NCBI RefSeq assembly: GCF_001194135.2 | Contig: NC_068994.1 | Location: 5,837,309-5,870,159, forward strand | DNA length: 32,851 nt | Direction of reading: 5' to 3' | DNA from: Octopus bimaculoides | Lineage: Eukaryota | In this document: positions 1 through 13,134 of the stretch, one piece after another | Numbering within the stretch: the first letter of the stretch is position 1 | Layout: each line of letters opens with the position of its first letter | The notes under the pieces: generated by a model | The model's database searches: none | Told to the model about the DNA's origin: nothing | What the model saw: the letters and a program-made list of their open reading frames with translations, nothing else | Position numbers and translations under genes: made by a program

Positions 1-137
1 ATATATATATGTATGTATATATATATATATGTATGTATGTATATATATGTATGTATGTATATATATATATATGTATGTATATATATATATATGTATGTAT
101 ATATATATATATATATGTATGTATATATATATGTATG

Positions 138-205
<68 letters not shown>

Positions 206-217
206 TATATATGTATG

Positions 218-255
<38 letters not shown>
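1..255. repeat. (TA)n/(TATG)n compound microsatellite
   Basis: Direct reading; source of the YIYI ORFs. Confidence 0.98.
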
Positions 256-1265
256 AATCCGGAATAACCGGAATAACTACATATCAAAACAAATATTTTA
301 AACGATAGAAAAAAGAAAAATCAAGATTATTTTTTTCTATCTTTTTTTTTACTTGTTTCACTCGTGAGAATGCGGCCATGCTGGGGCACCATCTTGAAGA
401 GTTCAGTCAAACAAATCGACCCCAGGACTTACCACTAGTATTAGGAATCCTATTAGGAATGACAGACCACTGGTATTAGGAATCCTAGCTCGTTACATAA
501 AAGCTTCTAATTTGGCTGATTGAAGCTGTGATGTCACCTTGGTGTTGTGGTTTGCACAGCTACATTCCTAACTGCAAATATAAGATTTCAATTCTTGCAG
601 GTTATGTTAAACCCATTTCCTCTGTTGCATACGAGATCATCATCATCATCATCATCATTTAATGTCTGTCGTCTGTGCTTGCATGGGTTGAACAGTTGTG
701 ACCAGTGCTGGTAAGCTGAGGGGCTGCACCAGACACTCCAGTGAACCCAGAACCATGTGGTTGGTAAGCAAGCTACTTTATTTCATTAACGATTTGCCAT
801 GAAGGCATTACAATGAGGGGACGAACAAGGACAGACAAACATAAAAGGTGTAGTAGCTGCTATTTAGCGATTAAATACAAAAATATAATTAATATATTAC
901 TAGTTTTCTTATTCGGCTTTGCTCATTACGATTTGTAATGGCTGCTCTGAAGGACAGGCATCCGACCACCAGGGTAGACCCCTTGCTTGTTCTTCCCTTT
1001 TCTGGCTTTCACTTACCTGGAGTCAGATACTCCCAGCTACTTACCACACAGCCATTCCTACACCTATATTTACCAAATAACTCTTACAAGGTTATGCAGG
1101 GTTGATCATGGAGGATTGATTATAAGGTTATGGAGTATTATAAGGTTTTGCCAGACAAACTTCTTAAGGACATTGTTGGATCTGTGCAAGGTGAAGGTTA
1201 CAAGTATTCAAACCAGATAAAGGAAATACCAGTTTGTCCCACCAGAAAGTATGCATAACTACACA

Positions 1266-1297
<32 letters not shown>

Positions 1298-2456
1298 ATG
1301 CATTCATGCATATATGAATACAACCATAAATACACACACAAACACACATGCATATTACACAGAAGCATACACACATATGCACGCACACACAGAAATACAT
1401 TTTTAAAGTTTTTATGTTTATTTTTTTTATTTTTACTGTCTATTTTGTTGTTGTTGTTGCTATTATTGTCATGTCATCGTTGTTGGTGGTGGTAGTTTTT
1501 TTTGTCTTTTTGTGTGTCTTTTGTGCTTTTGGCCCACTTTGACTGCCCAATCAGCTCAGTGTTCTCATAGAAAGAGAGAAATAGTTTTATAATTTATTTC
1601 AATGATTTTACACACACAGAGAAACCATCATCATCATCATCATCATCATTTCATCATATCCACTTTCCTTCCTGGCATGAGCTGGAAGAGTTTACACAAT
1701 CCAACAGGGTAGGGGACCACATTGCACTCCAAAGTTGCATGCTTTCTACCTCTGATTGCCCTTCCTAACAACAACCATTTTGTAAGGTGTTCTGCATGCT
1801 TTACCTTTTCTCTGTGACACCAGCATGACTAAAAAGCCCCTACATCTGAAGGCAAGAATAGGGGACAAGATGGTGACTTTAGGCAAGAAATGTGTATGTC
1901 TCTCTTTCTCTCTCTCTCTTGCCATGCCACACTCTGTTCTTATCCACTAATTAGAAGCCACAATCAACACATCCTGCCAGGCCTTCAAACCCTCCATAAA
2001 GAGAACAACTGAAATCAGAGACTCAAACATTACCAAATTATATATAGTACCCTCACACGCTCTCGCACACACACAACCTAAACACTTGAACTCATCACTC
2101 TAAAATCCCTGCTAATGCTTCGTGCTGATCCACTCTTGTTGCTACATGATACTGCTGCTGCCAACAGCAAAATACATTGTCACAAACGCTTTGCTTCCTT
2201 GTTTTTGAAGCCATAATTAAAAATCGCCACAATTATATACAGCGACACAAACCGCTTTGCCTTCACTGGATAACTGGACACAACTTGCAAATTCAAGGCT
2301 GCAGATCTGTATGAAGGCATGTGATCCACTGGTTAGAGTGTTGGTCTCATCATTGGGTTATGAGTTCAATTCCTGGATCAACGTGGTGGTGTTGTGTCCT
2401 CGGTCAAAATATTTCATTTCACTCTGGTTCTGTTCATTCAGCTGCAAACACTGGTA

Positions 2457-2582
2457 CATCTCTCTCTATCTCTCTCTCTCTCTCTCTCCCCTTCCTCCAC
2501 CTCTCCTCTTTCTCTCCTCTCTCTTCCTCTCTCTCACCCTCTCCTCATTCTCTCTCTTTCCCCCTCTCGCTCTCTCTCTTCT
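2457..2582. repeat. CT-rich microsatellite / polypyrimidine tract
   Basis: (CT)n with interruptions. Confidence 0.9.
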
Positions 2583-3535
2583 CAGATGTTACATCCTTGA
2601 AGTCATATTAGCCAACAGTGGGAAATTTGAGGTGTTTGATGTTTGCTTGTGACTAAACAGGCAACCTAAAATAACAAGCAAAATCTTGGTACAAGCTATC
2701 ATGTGATTCCCTCTTGTGAATCATTGCTAAGCCTTTTGTACCTGCAACACCATCTCTTTCCCTCTTTCCATCTGGAATATCCGTGTATCTCATCTTCAGC
2801 AAGACACTTGCTCTTGTCTCTCTGTCATAATTTTTTTTAACCATCCTTAGTACTACATCCCCACTTAGTTGAGTGTGGGGCAGGAATTTTGGGATCTTAT
2901 GTGAGTTACTTGAGTTACAAGTATTAGCGTCATGAAAAAGCACCAACTTCTCTCAGTGAAGTGGATGACATTATGAAGGCCATCCGGTTGTAGAAATCCT
3001 GTTGGAGCAGACATTGGAGCTTGGAGCACTCCCCTTACTCATAAGTCCCTGTAGGAACCATCCAACTCATGCCCGCCTGGAAAACAAACATTAAACAATG
3101 ATGACGGTAATGAAATACAGATATTGAAGATTAAACCCAAGCTACCATGGTTGTGTAGTTCAGAAGTTCTCTTAACAACTGCATGGTTTAAGGTTCTTTA
3201 AGGATCTTCTACCAAGGCCTCACACTAACTAAAGCCTTGTGAGTGAATATTATTAAACTAAAGCTATCTGGTAGCATTTCAGGAGTATTATTCTGGTGGA
3301 CTTCATCTGTCTCCTGCTTTAAACCTTTTCTTCCCAGATTTTTATTGAAATACGCTTAATTTTGAAAACAGGGGGATCGATGCTAGATGTGTCAAAACAA
3401 TTGTCACGATTAATAAGAAATTTTCGTATATTCCATCTTCCGTCTTTCATTTACCATATACATAACAATCACTGTGAAAGTGAATGTGCTTTAACAGTAA
3501 GCTACCAGGTGTAAACCATTTGTTTTATTATCCAT

Positions 3536-3595
<60 letters not shown>

Positions 3596-3720
3596 AAATG
3601 TCAACCATGAGTGTGCCTGCAGACAACGTGGACAACCTTCCTAATCTTCATTCACAAAGTCAAGCCAAGATATATATATATATATATATATCTTATATAT
3701 ATGTAGTTCGTATTTGATTT

Positions 3721-3832
3721 CAATGATGTGATTGCTTATTTTTAGAATGACACTGTAGGTGGGTGTGAGAGTCTAGATCTGGACAGTTTTTACATAAAAC
3801 AGAATATTTGGGCCAGAAATGGTTGGTTTAAA
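3721..3832 (-). mobile_element. Partial copy of the piggyBac-like MITE seen intact at 27328-27526
   Basis: Reverse complement aligns by eye with the 27328 element (tttaaacc...ggcccaaatattct...ctctcacacc...gtcattctaaaaa..agcaat.acatcatt). Confidence 0.7.
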
Positions 3833-3833
3833 G

Positions 3834-4145
3834 CAGTGGTTCCCAAACTTTTTTCAGGCTGCCACCCGCTTGACACCCACTCCACATTCCTAGCACCCCC
3901 ACCCCAACTAGCCATCACGAACATAAACTTCTCTCTGAAGCAAATTCAAAGCAACTGTATTTCACAAATAAAACTTAACTTAATGAACTCATTTTGTTGT
4001 TTTTACATGAATCGCTACCCCATTATCACCCCAGTTTTTACACGAATCGCTACCCTGTTATCGCCCCAGTTTTCTTTAATGCCCCCTTAGAACTTTCCAC
4101 CACTCCCAGGGGTGGGGTCAATACCGCCCAGTTCAGGAACCACTT
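3834..4145 (+). mobile_element. hAT-type MITE
   Basis: TIR cagtggttcccaaact vs agttcaggaaccactt (13/16); 8-bp flanks gtttaaag / gtttaacc; body matches 7295-7578 in reverse. Confidence 0.75.
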
Positions 4146-4151
4146 GTTTAA

Positions 4152-4374
4152 CCCTATCGTTACCAACCCGGCTGAAACCGCCTCTGGTTCTGTAGTACAA
4201 ATGTCTTGTTTTCATTAAGTTTTGAATTTAAATTTTCTACCAAACCTTAGTCACAATTTATGTTCCCAACACTAGCTGAATGATAACTAAGTTATTTTAC
4301 TAAATTCTTTGTTATATTTAAAATTAATTGAAAGAAACACAGAGCATCTCAAAAGAAATATGGTAACAAAAGAG
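4152..4374 (+). mobile_element. piggyBac-like MITE, copy 1 (decayed right end)
   Basis: TTAA|ccctatcgttacc ... ggtaacaaaagag|TCAA; direct repeat of 4406-4625. Confidence 0.75.
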
Positions 4375-4405
4375 TCAAGATATATAATAGAGAAACAATT
4401 TTTAA

Positions 4406-4625
4406 CCCTTTCGTTACCAACCTGGCTGAAATCACCTCTGGCTCTGAGTACAAATGTCTTGTTTCCATATGTTTTGAATTAAAATCTTCCACCAAACCTT
4501 AGTCACAATTTATGTTCTTAACACTAGCTGAATGATAACTAAGTTATTTTACTAAATTCTTTGTTATATTTAAAGTAATTGAAAGAAACACAGAACATCT
4601 CAAAAGAAATACGGTACTGAAAGGG
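4406..4625 (+). mobile_element. piggyBac-like MITE, copy 2
   Basis: TTAA|ccctttcgttacc ... ggtactgaaaggg|TTAA; TTAA target site and CCC/GGG ends. Confidence 0.82.
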
Positions 4626-4764
4626 TTAAATGCTAAACAGTTAATCAGAAGAGATCAAGACTTCTATTACATTTTGTCCAGTTTTTCATTCTAATCTTAG
4701 ATTACCAACATAAGCTGTCATTCCTGTTTCCAGTTCTCATTCTTTCTTTCATCTATTATTCCAG

Positions 4765-4814
4765 ACTGTATTCACCCAAAGAACAAGGTTGTAAAGATGC
4801 TTGGCGACCAAGAA
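4765..4814 (+). CDS. Exon, (x)CIHPKNKVVKMLGDQE, phase 1 to 0; in-frame ATG at 4797 could be the start
   Basis: Acceptor tctttctttcatctattattccAG, donor gaa|GTaaat. Only this frame joins the next phase-0 exon, and the join creates E|NYDTF. Confidence 0.6.
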
Positions 4815-7800
4815 GTAAATATATCTTTTATTTTCTTTATCATTTAATTGTTCCAGTCATTGGGCTGCAGTCATGCTGTAGCACTGACTTGAAGGGCTTA
4901 GTCGAACAAATTGACTCTAATACTTATTTTTTAAGTCTGACACTCATTTTATTGGTACCTTTTGCCAAAACACTAAGTTGCAGGTACATACACACACACA
5001 CACACATTTGGCACATGGCCTTGTGTGTCAAGAGACTGTGCATTATGTGTGTTTATGCGTGTTTATTGAGCCAAAACACCTAAAGCTCCACAAATATACA
5101 TAAAAAATGTATACACAAATATACATAAAAATATTATGCTCATTATTATATTAGGGGATATATAATATATTTTTTTTATTTTTCAAAATGAAACGAAACC
5201 AACAGCAAGATGGAAAACACTGATTATTTTGGCATATTTCCACTTTATATTTGCAAAGTTTTCTCTTACTGCTTTTAATTGCAAAATCATTAATCAGATC
5301 CTCATTATAACACCATGAACATTTTGAAATTATATTTCCAATCATAGAAACCACTTTGAATATCATTTCAGCAGGCTTAAAGTGATTTCTTTTGTGCCGT
5401 AAACCAGGGGTTTTCAAACTGTGGTCCGCGGACCACAGGGGGTCCGCAAGGACAAGACAGGGGGTTCATGGACAGCAGATGCTTTTTATGGGCAATTTGA
5501 TTTTATATATGTTTTTTAATTAAAATCTTTTAATTGACAATAAACCTATTTGTTAAATACTGTTAATTAAATAAATGTAAAAATATGTTATTTTAAGCAA
5601 ATATTTATGTATAAATTTCATAAGCGTTTATAAGGGGGTCCTAAGGTAAAGCCTGAAATATAAAGGGGTCTGCAAGTCAAAAAGTTTGAAAACCCCTGCT
5701 GTAAACCATTTGCCATTTCTCCGGTGCCCCCCTCCTTTCCTTGATGCCCTAAGTACATACTTATTTTTCTCAATTTTTAATCCGATGCTGGACATAAGTA
5801 ATTATAACAATTAGCAAAATCATAGTACAAGCCGTTGTTGCTGTTGTTGTGATTGTTGTTGTAGATGTTACTTCTGTTGTTGTTATTTTTGTAGTTATTA
5901 TTTCTGTTGTTGCTGTTAACACCATTGCTATCGCTACTATCACATGCTTGTACTGTTCGTTTTCAGAACTATGATACTTTTGAATATGATAAATCTGACG
6001 GGGAGGTAAGTAAATGTTTCTGTTATCCTTCTGCCCCCTCCCACTTTACTACTTCTTACTCCCCCTCTTATAACCTCACAATATTTCTAGTACTTTCCGT
6101 TGTGTTCTATAATTAATTAATTAGTTAATTCTAATGAAGGCTTGTCCTTTGGACAATTTGCAACAAGTATGGACTTGACAGCAAAAAATTGGTACAACCA
6201 CAAACCTGAAGGCATTGTCGAAAATGGAAATGCCAAGATCCTATGGGATTTTATGATTCAGTGCGACCATGAGAAAGAGAATAGGAAGCTGGACATAGTC
6301 TTAATTGAGAAAGAAAACAAACTATGCTGGATCCAGCCTTCTTCAGGTGTCTTGTGATTCACCTTAGTGCCTTGCCTGGGTTTGAACTTAGAACCTCTAG
6401 GTGACTGTACTGCATTTAGCAATACCTTTATCCACTACACTATGCCAGTAGACAGTGAATTTTCAAGGTTTATAAGCCTTCATTGATGTCGATAGATTTA
6501 CTTGTAACATGAATAATTTTGGACTTTGTTTCTGTTCGTCAATTAACCTTTGACCTGTTGTTGTATTGTCGTGTTGACTGATCCCTTTATTAACCTAATG
6601 ACCTATGCTTCATTATAACTTTTTGTTTAATTATTTAATCAATTATTCAATTAATTCTCTGCAGATGTATGAACCACTAACCGACACTGTTATCGTAAGT
6701 ATTTTTGCTGTTTTTGTGGTTGTTGCTGTTGTTGTTGTTGTACTATTATTGTTGTAACTGTCGTTGTTGTTGTTGCTCTTGTTGTTGTGACTTATTTTTG
6801 TTGTTATTGACACAAGGCTACAGATTTAGGACAAGGGAGGCGAGGCGTAAGTTCAAAGACAGGAAATATTTGAGGCCTCCTCGAATCTATTTTAATATAA
6901 TAAAGAATATAAAAGAGGAGAGAGAAGGAACAGAAAATCATTGAAGGGGTCATATAATGTGGGATGAAAGAACTCGGACAAATAAACAAATAATAATAAT
7001 AATAAATTCATTTCCTGCTATGACTATGGTATCTGACCCTCAGAGCTGGCTGGTCAAATGTCATCAACCATTCAGCCTGTCCTGGGTCACTTGCCCTATA
7101 GTGTCCATCTTCCCTGTACTCCTCTCTAACCCCTTTATTTTCCAGTCCTTCCTCACCAAAACATTATCCCACTGAAATTATCTATTTGTTAGTATGTAGT
7201 GGTTGGTACTAGGAAGGGTATTCAGCCAACCATGCCAAATTAGATTGGAACCTGCTGTCCAACTGCTTAGTAGTTTCAGTCAAATTGTCTAACCCAATGG
7301 TTCTCAAAGTGGGCGTTATTGCCCCCCCCCCCGGGGGGAGGGGTGAAAAGTTCCAAGTGAGATTTGAGGAAAAGTGGGGTGATAATGGCTGTAGCAATTC
7401 ATGTAAAAGCAACAAAATAATGGGTTCATTAGGTCAAGTTTTATTTGTGAAACACAGTTGCTTTGAATTTGTTTCAGAAAGAGGTCTGTGTTTGTGATGG
7501 TTAGTTGGGGTGGGGGTGCTAGGAATGTGGGGTGGATGTCAAGGGGAGGGGCAGTCTGAAAGTTTTTGAGAACTACTGGTCTAACCCATGCCAGCATTGA
7601 AAGCAGATGCTATATGATGATGATGATGATGATGATGATGATAAGGTATAATAAAGTTAAGGTGAAGATCAGATAAACAGTGTGTGTGTTTACTGGCAAA
7701 AATTACCATCCCCAACTATAACAATATCTGTTTCAACACACGATTTCACACCAAGAATTTTGCAAAACAAATACGTAAATGTAATTCCATTTAATGTGTA

Positions 7801-8435
7801 AAATGTAACTATAAATAATTCACCTCAGAAATTAATATGTAAACTAATTTTTTAATGATATTTTCAGAATAGTGCTATGTAAATCAATGAAAATGTATTT
7901 ATAAATGCAAACGTCAAACATCTTCCAGAAGTTTGAACTTAAAACCCAAAAGATTGTATTTAAATCTTCAAAGGTCTCACCTAGGTCCCCTGAAGGTCAC
8001 ATGTAACTCTTGGAGTTGTAGGTTTCTCTGTGCCTTGTATCTATATATATATAAAAGAGAGATTCTGTCTGTTTGTTTGTTTGTCCAACAAAGTGAAACT
8101 AAAACCAGACACTATCTCTCTATGATTTTATTTCTGTGTCTCCTCTGTTCTCTCCCCCCCCCCACCTCTGTATTCTGTCTGTGTGCCTTTCTGTCTCTCT
8201 GCCATGCTACTTCAAAGAGATTCTGTCTGTTTATCCCTCAAAGTGAAACTAAAACCAGGCATCATCTATCATTTTCTTTCTTCTCTATCTATTTTCCCTC
8301 TCTTTCTTTCTCTCTTTCTTTTTCTCTCTCTCCCTCACTAAAAGAACACACGTACATGGCATGGCACCTTCTACTATAGCTTTGGGCCAATCAAAGCCTT
8401 GTGAGTGGATTTGGTTGATGAAAACTGAAAGAAAC

Positions 8436-8480
<45 letters not shown>

Positions 8481-9080
8481 CAAGAATAAGGGCAGGGAAT
8501 CGTCAATTAATAATAGAATTAACAATTAACAATTTTGCCAAGTAGTTCAGTATGAAAAAACCTTTATCGGTAAAACCATTTATCATCATAAATATACAGG
8601 GATTATATATATATATATATATTTGTGTGTCTGTGTCTGTCTCCGCAACATCGCTTGNNNNNNNNNNNNNNNNNNNNNNNNNNNNNNNNNNNNNNNNNNN
8701 NNNNNNNNNNNNNNNNNNNNNNNNNNNNNNNNNNNNNNNNNNNNNNNNNNNNNNNNNNNNNNNNNNNNNNNNNNNNNNNNNNNNNNNNNNNNNNNNNNNN
8801 NNNNNNNNNNNNNNNNNNNNNNNNNNNNNNNNNNNNNNNNNNNNNNNNNNNNNNNNNNNNNNNNNNNNNNNNNNNNNNNNNNNNNNNNNNNNNNNNNNNN
8901 NNNNNNNNNNNNNNNNNNNNNNNNNNNNNNNNNNNNNNNNNNNNNNNNNNNNNNNNNNNNNNNNNNNNNNNNNNNNNNNNNNNNNNNNNNNNNNNNNNNN
9001 NNNNNNNNNNNNNNNNNNNNNNNNNNNNNNNNNNNNNNNNNNNNNNNNNNNNNNNNNNNNNNNNNNNNNNNNNNNNNNNN

Positions 9081-9118
<38 letters not shown>

Positions 9119-11467
9119 CAAGAATAAGGGCAGGGAATCGTCAATTAATAATAGAATTAACAATTAACAATTTTGCCAAGTAGTTCAGTATGAAAAAACC
9201 TTTATCGGTAAAACCATTTATCATCATAAATATACAGGGATTATATATATATATATATATTTGTGTGTCTGTGTCTGTCTCCGCAACATCGCTTGGCAAC
9301 TGATGTTGGTGTGTTTACATCCCCGTAACTTAACGGTTCGGCAAAAGAGACCGATAGGCTAAGTACTAGGCTTACAAAGAATAAGTGCTGGGGTTGATTT
9401 GCTCGACTTGAGGCAGTGCTCCAGCATGGCTGCAGTCAAATAACTGAAACAAATAAAAGAATTCTGCTGATAGGCCAGTTGACTGCAGTACTTGTCCCGA
9501 AATAACATCTCTTAGCAACTTCAGAAGAGATGTTATCTCAGAACAAATACTGTTGTAACAGGGCCTATCAACAGCATGAATGATACATAGATGACTATTT
9601 TAATTAAATACTCTTTCTTTGTGCCAGATAATAAAATGCAATGAAACTCGATACCCTAATCTTCCTCTTACCAACAGCTCTCTGATACCTCAGTTAAAAA
9701 GATTTGTAAATGTTTTGTTTGTTTTATTGCTCACCTTTTTTTTTCACCATTCCAGATACCCAAGAAGAATGCTCCGCCCCTGCCACCCGCACGGAACAAA
9801 TACAAAGTAAGTAATTACCTAGATTCAGTTCTTTGATTTATACAGTGATTACTGACATGGGTGTAGCAAGGCAGCACAAAATGCACCCTGATGCACCCCT
9901 TAATGATTGTAGAATCATCATCATCATCATCGTTTAACGTCCGCTTTCCATGCTAGCATGGGTTGGACGATTTAACTGAGGACTGGTGAGCCAGATGGCT
10001 ACACCAGGCTCCAATCTGATTTGGCAGAGTTTCTACAGCTGGATGCCCTTCCTAACGCCAACCACTCAGAGAGTGTAGTGGGTGCTTTTACGTGCCACTG
10101 GCACGAAGGCCAGTCAGGCGGTACTAGCAACGGCCACGCTCAAAATGGTGCATTTTATGTGCCACCCACACAAGAGCCAGTCCGGGGGCACTGGCAACGA
10201 TCTCGCTCGAAAGTCCTTATATATATNNNNNNNNNNNNNNNNNNNNNNNNNNNNNNNNNNNNNNNNNNNNNNNNNNNNNNNNNNNNNNNNNNNNNNNNNN
10301 NNNNNNNNNNNNNNNNNNNNNNNNNNNNNNNNNNNNNNNNNNNNNNNNNNNNNNNNNNNNNNNNNNNNNNNNNNNNNNNNNNNNNNNNNNNNNNNNNNNN
10401 NNNNNNNNNNNNNNNNNNNNNNNNNNNNNNNNNNNNNNNNNNNNNNNNNNNNNNNNNNNNNNNNNNNNNNNNNNNNNNNNNNNNNNNNNNNNNNNNNNNN
10501 NNNNNNNNNNNNNNNNNNNNNNNNNNNNNNNNNNNNNNNNNNNNNNNNNNNNNNNNNNNNNNNNNNNNNNNNNNNNNNNNNNNNNNNNNNNNNNNNNNNN
10601 NNNNNNNNNNNNNNNNNNNNNNNNNNNNNNNNNNNNNNNNNNNNNNNNNNNNNNNNNNNNNNNNNNNNNNNNNNNNNNNNNNNNNNNNNNNNNNNNNNNN
10701 NNNNNNNNNNNNNNNNNNNNNNNNNNNNNNNNNNNNNNNNNNNNNNNNNNNNNNNNNNNNNNNNNNNNNNNNNNNNNNNNNNNNNNNNNTGGGGAAGGCA
10801 TGGGTGGAGTGTGGGTTAGGCTGAGGGTGGGGTAGGGGGTGGGTGGTGGGTGTAAGGAATTGGATGGGGTGGAGTGGGAAGGTAGAGTAGGAGTGTGTTG
10901 GGGTGTGGTGGGATGAGCTTATGAGGGGGTGTTGACGATGAAGGGGGAAGGGGAAGGTGTATGTATGTATGTATGTAAGTGTGTGTGTGTGTATGTATTG
11001 GCACAGGTATTTTACTTGAAAATTTGCAAAATTTTGCTGAGTTCATTACCAAGGTGACAATGTAATTTAGTTTGTTAATAAAAATGCATTTACATATTTC
11101 AGTAACATCATCAAAAATAAAATAGACTTTATAAATTCATAATTTATCAAAAGTTCTATTATATATTTCAGTCAGATACACAGAAAAAGCCATTAGGTCT
11201 ACCAAAATTTTCCAAAGTAAGGACCTTTAAATTTGTTCCATTGTCCAGCAAGTGCTATATATGATATGCTCTCCACTTGCATGTTACAATGACTCACCCC
11301 CAACCCTGAACCAAACTACCTCCCATCATGTCCTTTGCTGACTTATTTGACATCAGACATTTTAGTACTTATCTCCCTCTCTGCTTATGCATGTGGGCAT
11401 ATTTCTTTTTATGTATCTGAGGAGGGGGCAATTATTTATGTCATTTGGTTTCAATTAATAAATTTTA

Positions 11468-11515
<48 letters not shown>

Positions 11516-13059
11516 ATATCTTTGTCTGTCCTCAGCATCAGAAAGTACTTTTCCTATAAGAGGTTTTGTGTGCAGTCTATGCCAAATTACCAGTGTACAA
11601 ACAGCTGTGTATGATCTCATTCCATAATATACTGGGTTAAACACCCTTTGAATAGAAAGGAAAAAAAAAAAATTAAGGTAGCCTATTCGGCATGAATGTT
11701 GCTTCTTTTGTAACCTTGACTGGCAAGGTTATNNNNNNNNNNNNNNNNNNNNNNNNNNNNNNNNNNNNNNNNNNNNNNNNNNNNNNNNNNNNNNNNNNNN
11801 NNNNNNNNNNNNNNNNNNNNNNNNNNNNNNNNNNNNNNNNNNNNNNNNNNNNNNNNNNNNNNNNNNNNNNNNNNNNNNNNNNNNNNNNNNNNNNNNNNNN
11901 NNNNNNNNNNNNNNNNNNNNNNNNNNNNNNNNNNNNNNNNNNNNNNNNNNNNNNNNNNNNNNNNNNNNNNNNNNNNNNNNNNNNNNNNNNNNNNNNNNNN
12001 NNNNNNNNNNNNNNNNNNNNNNNNNNNNNNNNNNNNNNNNNNNNNNNNNNNNNNAACGATGATGATGATGATATATATATATAAAATACAAAATGGGACA
12101 AGAACGCAAAACATCTTGACAGTTAGGTGATACAAAAATGGGACAACAAAACATCCAGATAGATGATACAAAGAAAACAAGGACGAGTCATTCGGAGTTT
12201 TCTTTCCTCAGTCGAGTACCAGATTATCTTTGCAATTTCAGTTATATGTATATAAGTATGTGTGTGTGTGTGTGTGTGTGTGTGACTGTATGCTTGTATT
12301 CCCTTGTTCCTTGTTGTGACCTATTAATGTTGAATATCTAATAACCACGATTGCTCATTGGCTGTTTGCAGGACTTCAAAAGTGGATCCCTCCCAAGAAA
12401 TAATCCAATCCCACAGGTAGGTTGATATTTTATATTAAATCAATGTTCAGACATTCTTTCATCTCATTTTCATTCTGTTACTTGTAGCAGTCTTTGGACG
12501 ATAACCATTCTTGAGCGCTGTCTTCAAAAATTTTTTAGTCACTCCTGAAGTAGTAGAACTGCCTTGCAATATTTGTTGCAAGTTTTTACATTCTGAGTTC
12601 AAATCCTACTGAGATCAATGTTGTCTTTCACCCTTCCTGAACCAATAAAACAATGTACCAGTCCAAGATAATAGATTGGTGGAATCACAAGAGCATTGGA
12701 CAAACTATTCTGTTGTACTGGTTCCAGCTCTTTACATTCTGAGTTCACCTTTAATAGCATCACTGGCACCAAGTTATATTGGTTTTTGCATTTCCCTTAA
12801 ACAATATGGCTGAGATGGAACGAGCTGCGTGGGCAGCTGCCAAATTTTTGATTAAACAAACAACAAAATCTTTAAGCATATTTTTTTATCTTTTATATGT
12901 TTCAGTCATTAGACTGTGGCCATACTGGTGCACTGCTTTGAAGAATTTTAGTTGAATGAGTTGACCCCAGGACTTTTCTTTTTAAAGCCTGATACTTATT
13001 CTATTGATCTCTTTTACCAAACTGCTAAGTTACAGGAACATGAACATACCAACACAAGG

Positions 13060-13134
<75 letters not shown>

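Noticed and set aside
9-308. ORFs of YIYI/VCVC/HTHT type here and throughout the ORF track
   Set aside because: Translations of (TA)n, (TG)n and (CA)n microsatellites, which lack stops in some frames.
4766-4814. Alternative frame LYSPKEQGCKDAWRPR for the 4765 exon
   Set aside because: Ends in phase 1 and stops (aaa cta tga) when joined to 5967; no bridging exon found in 4815-5966.
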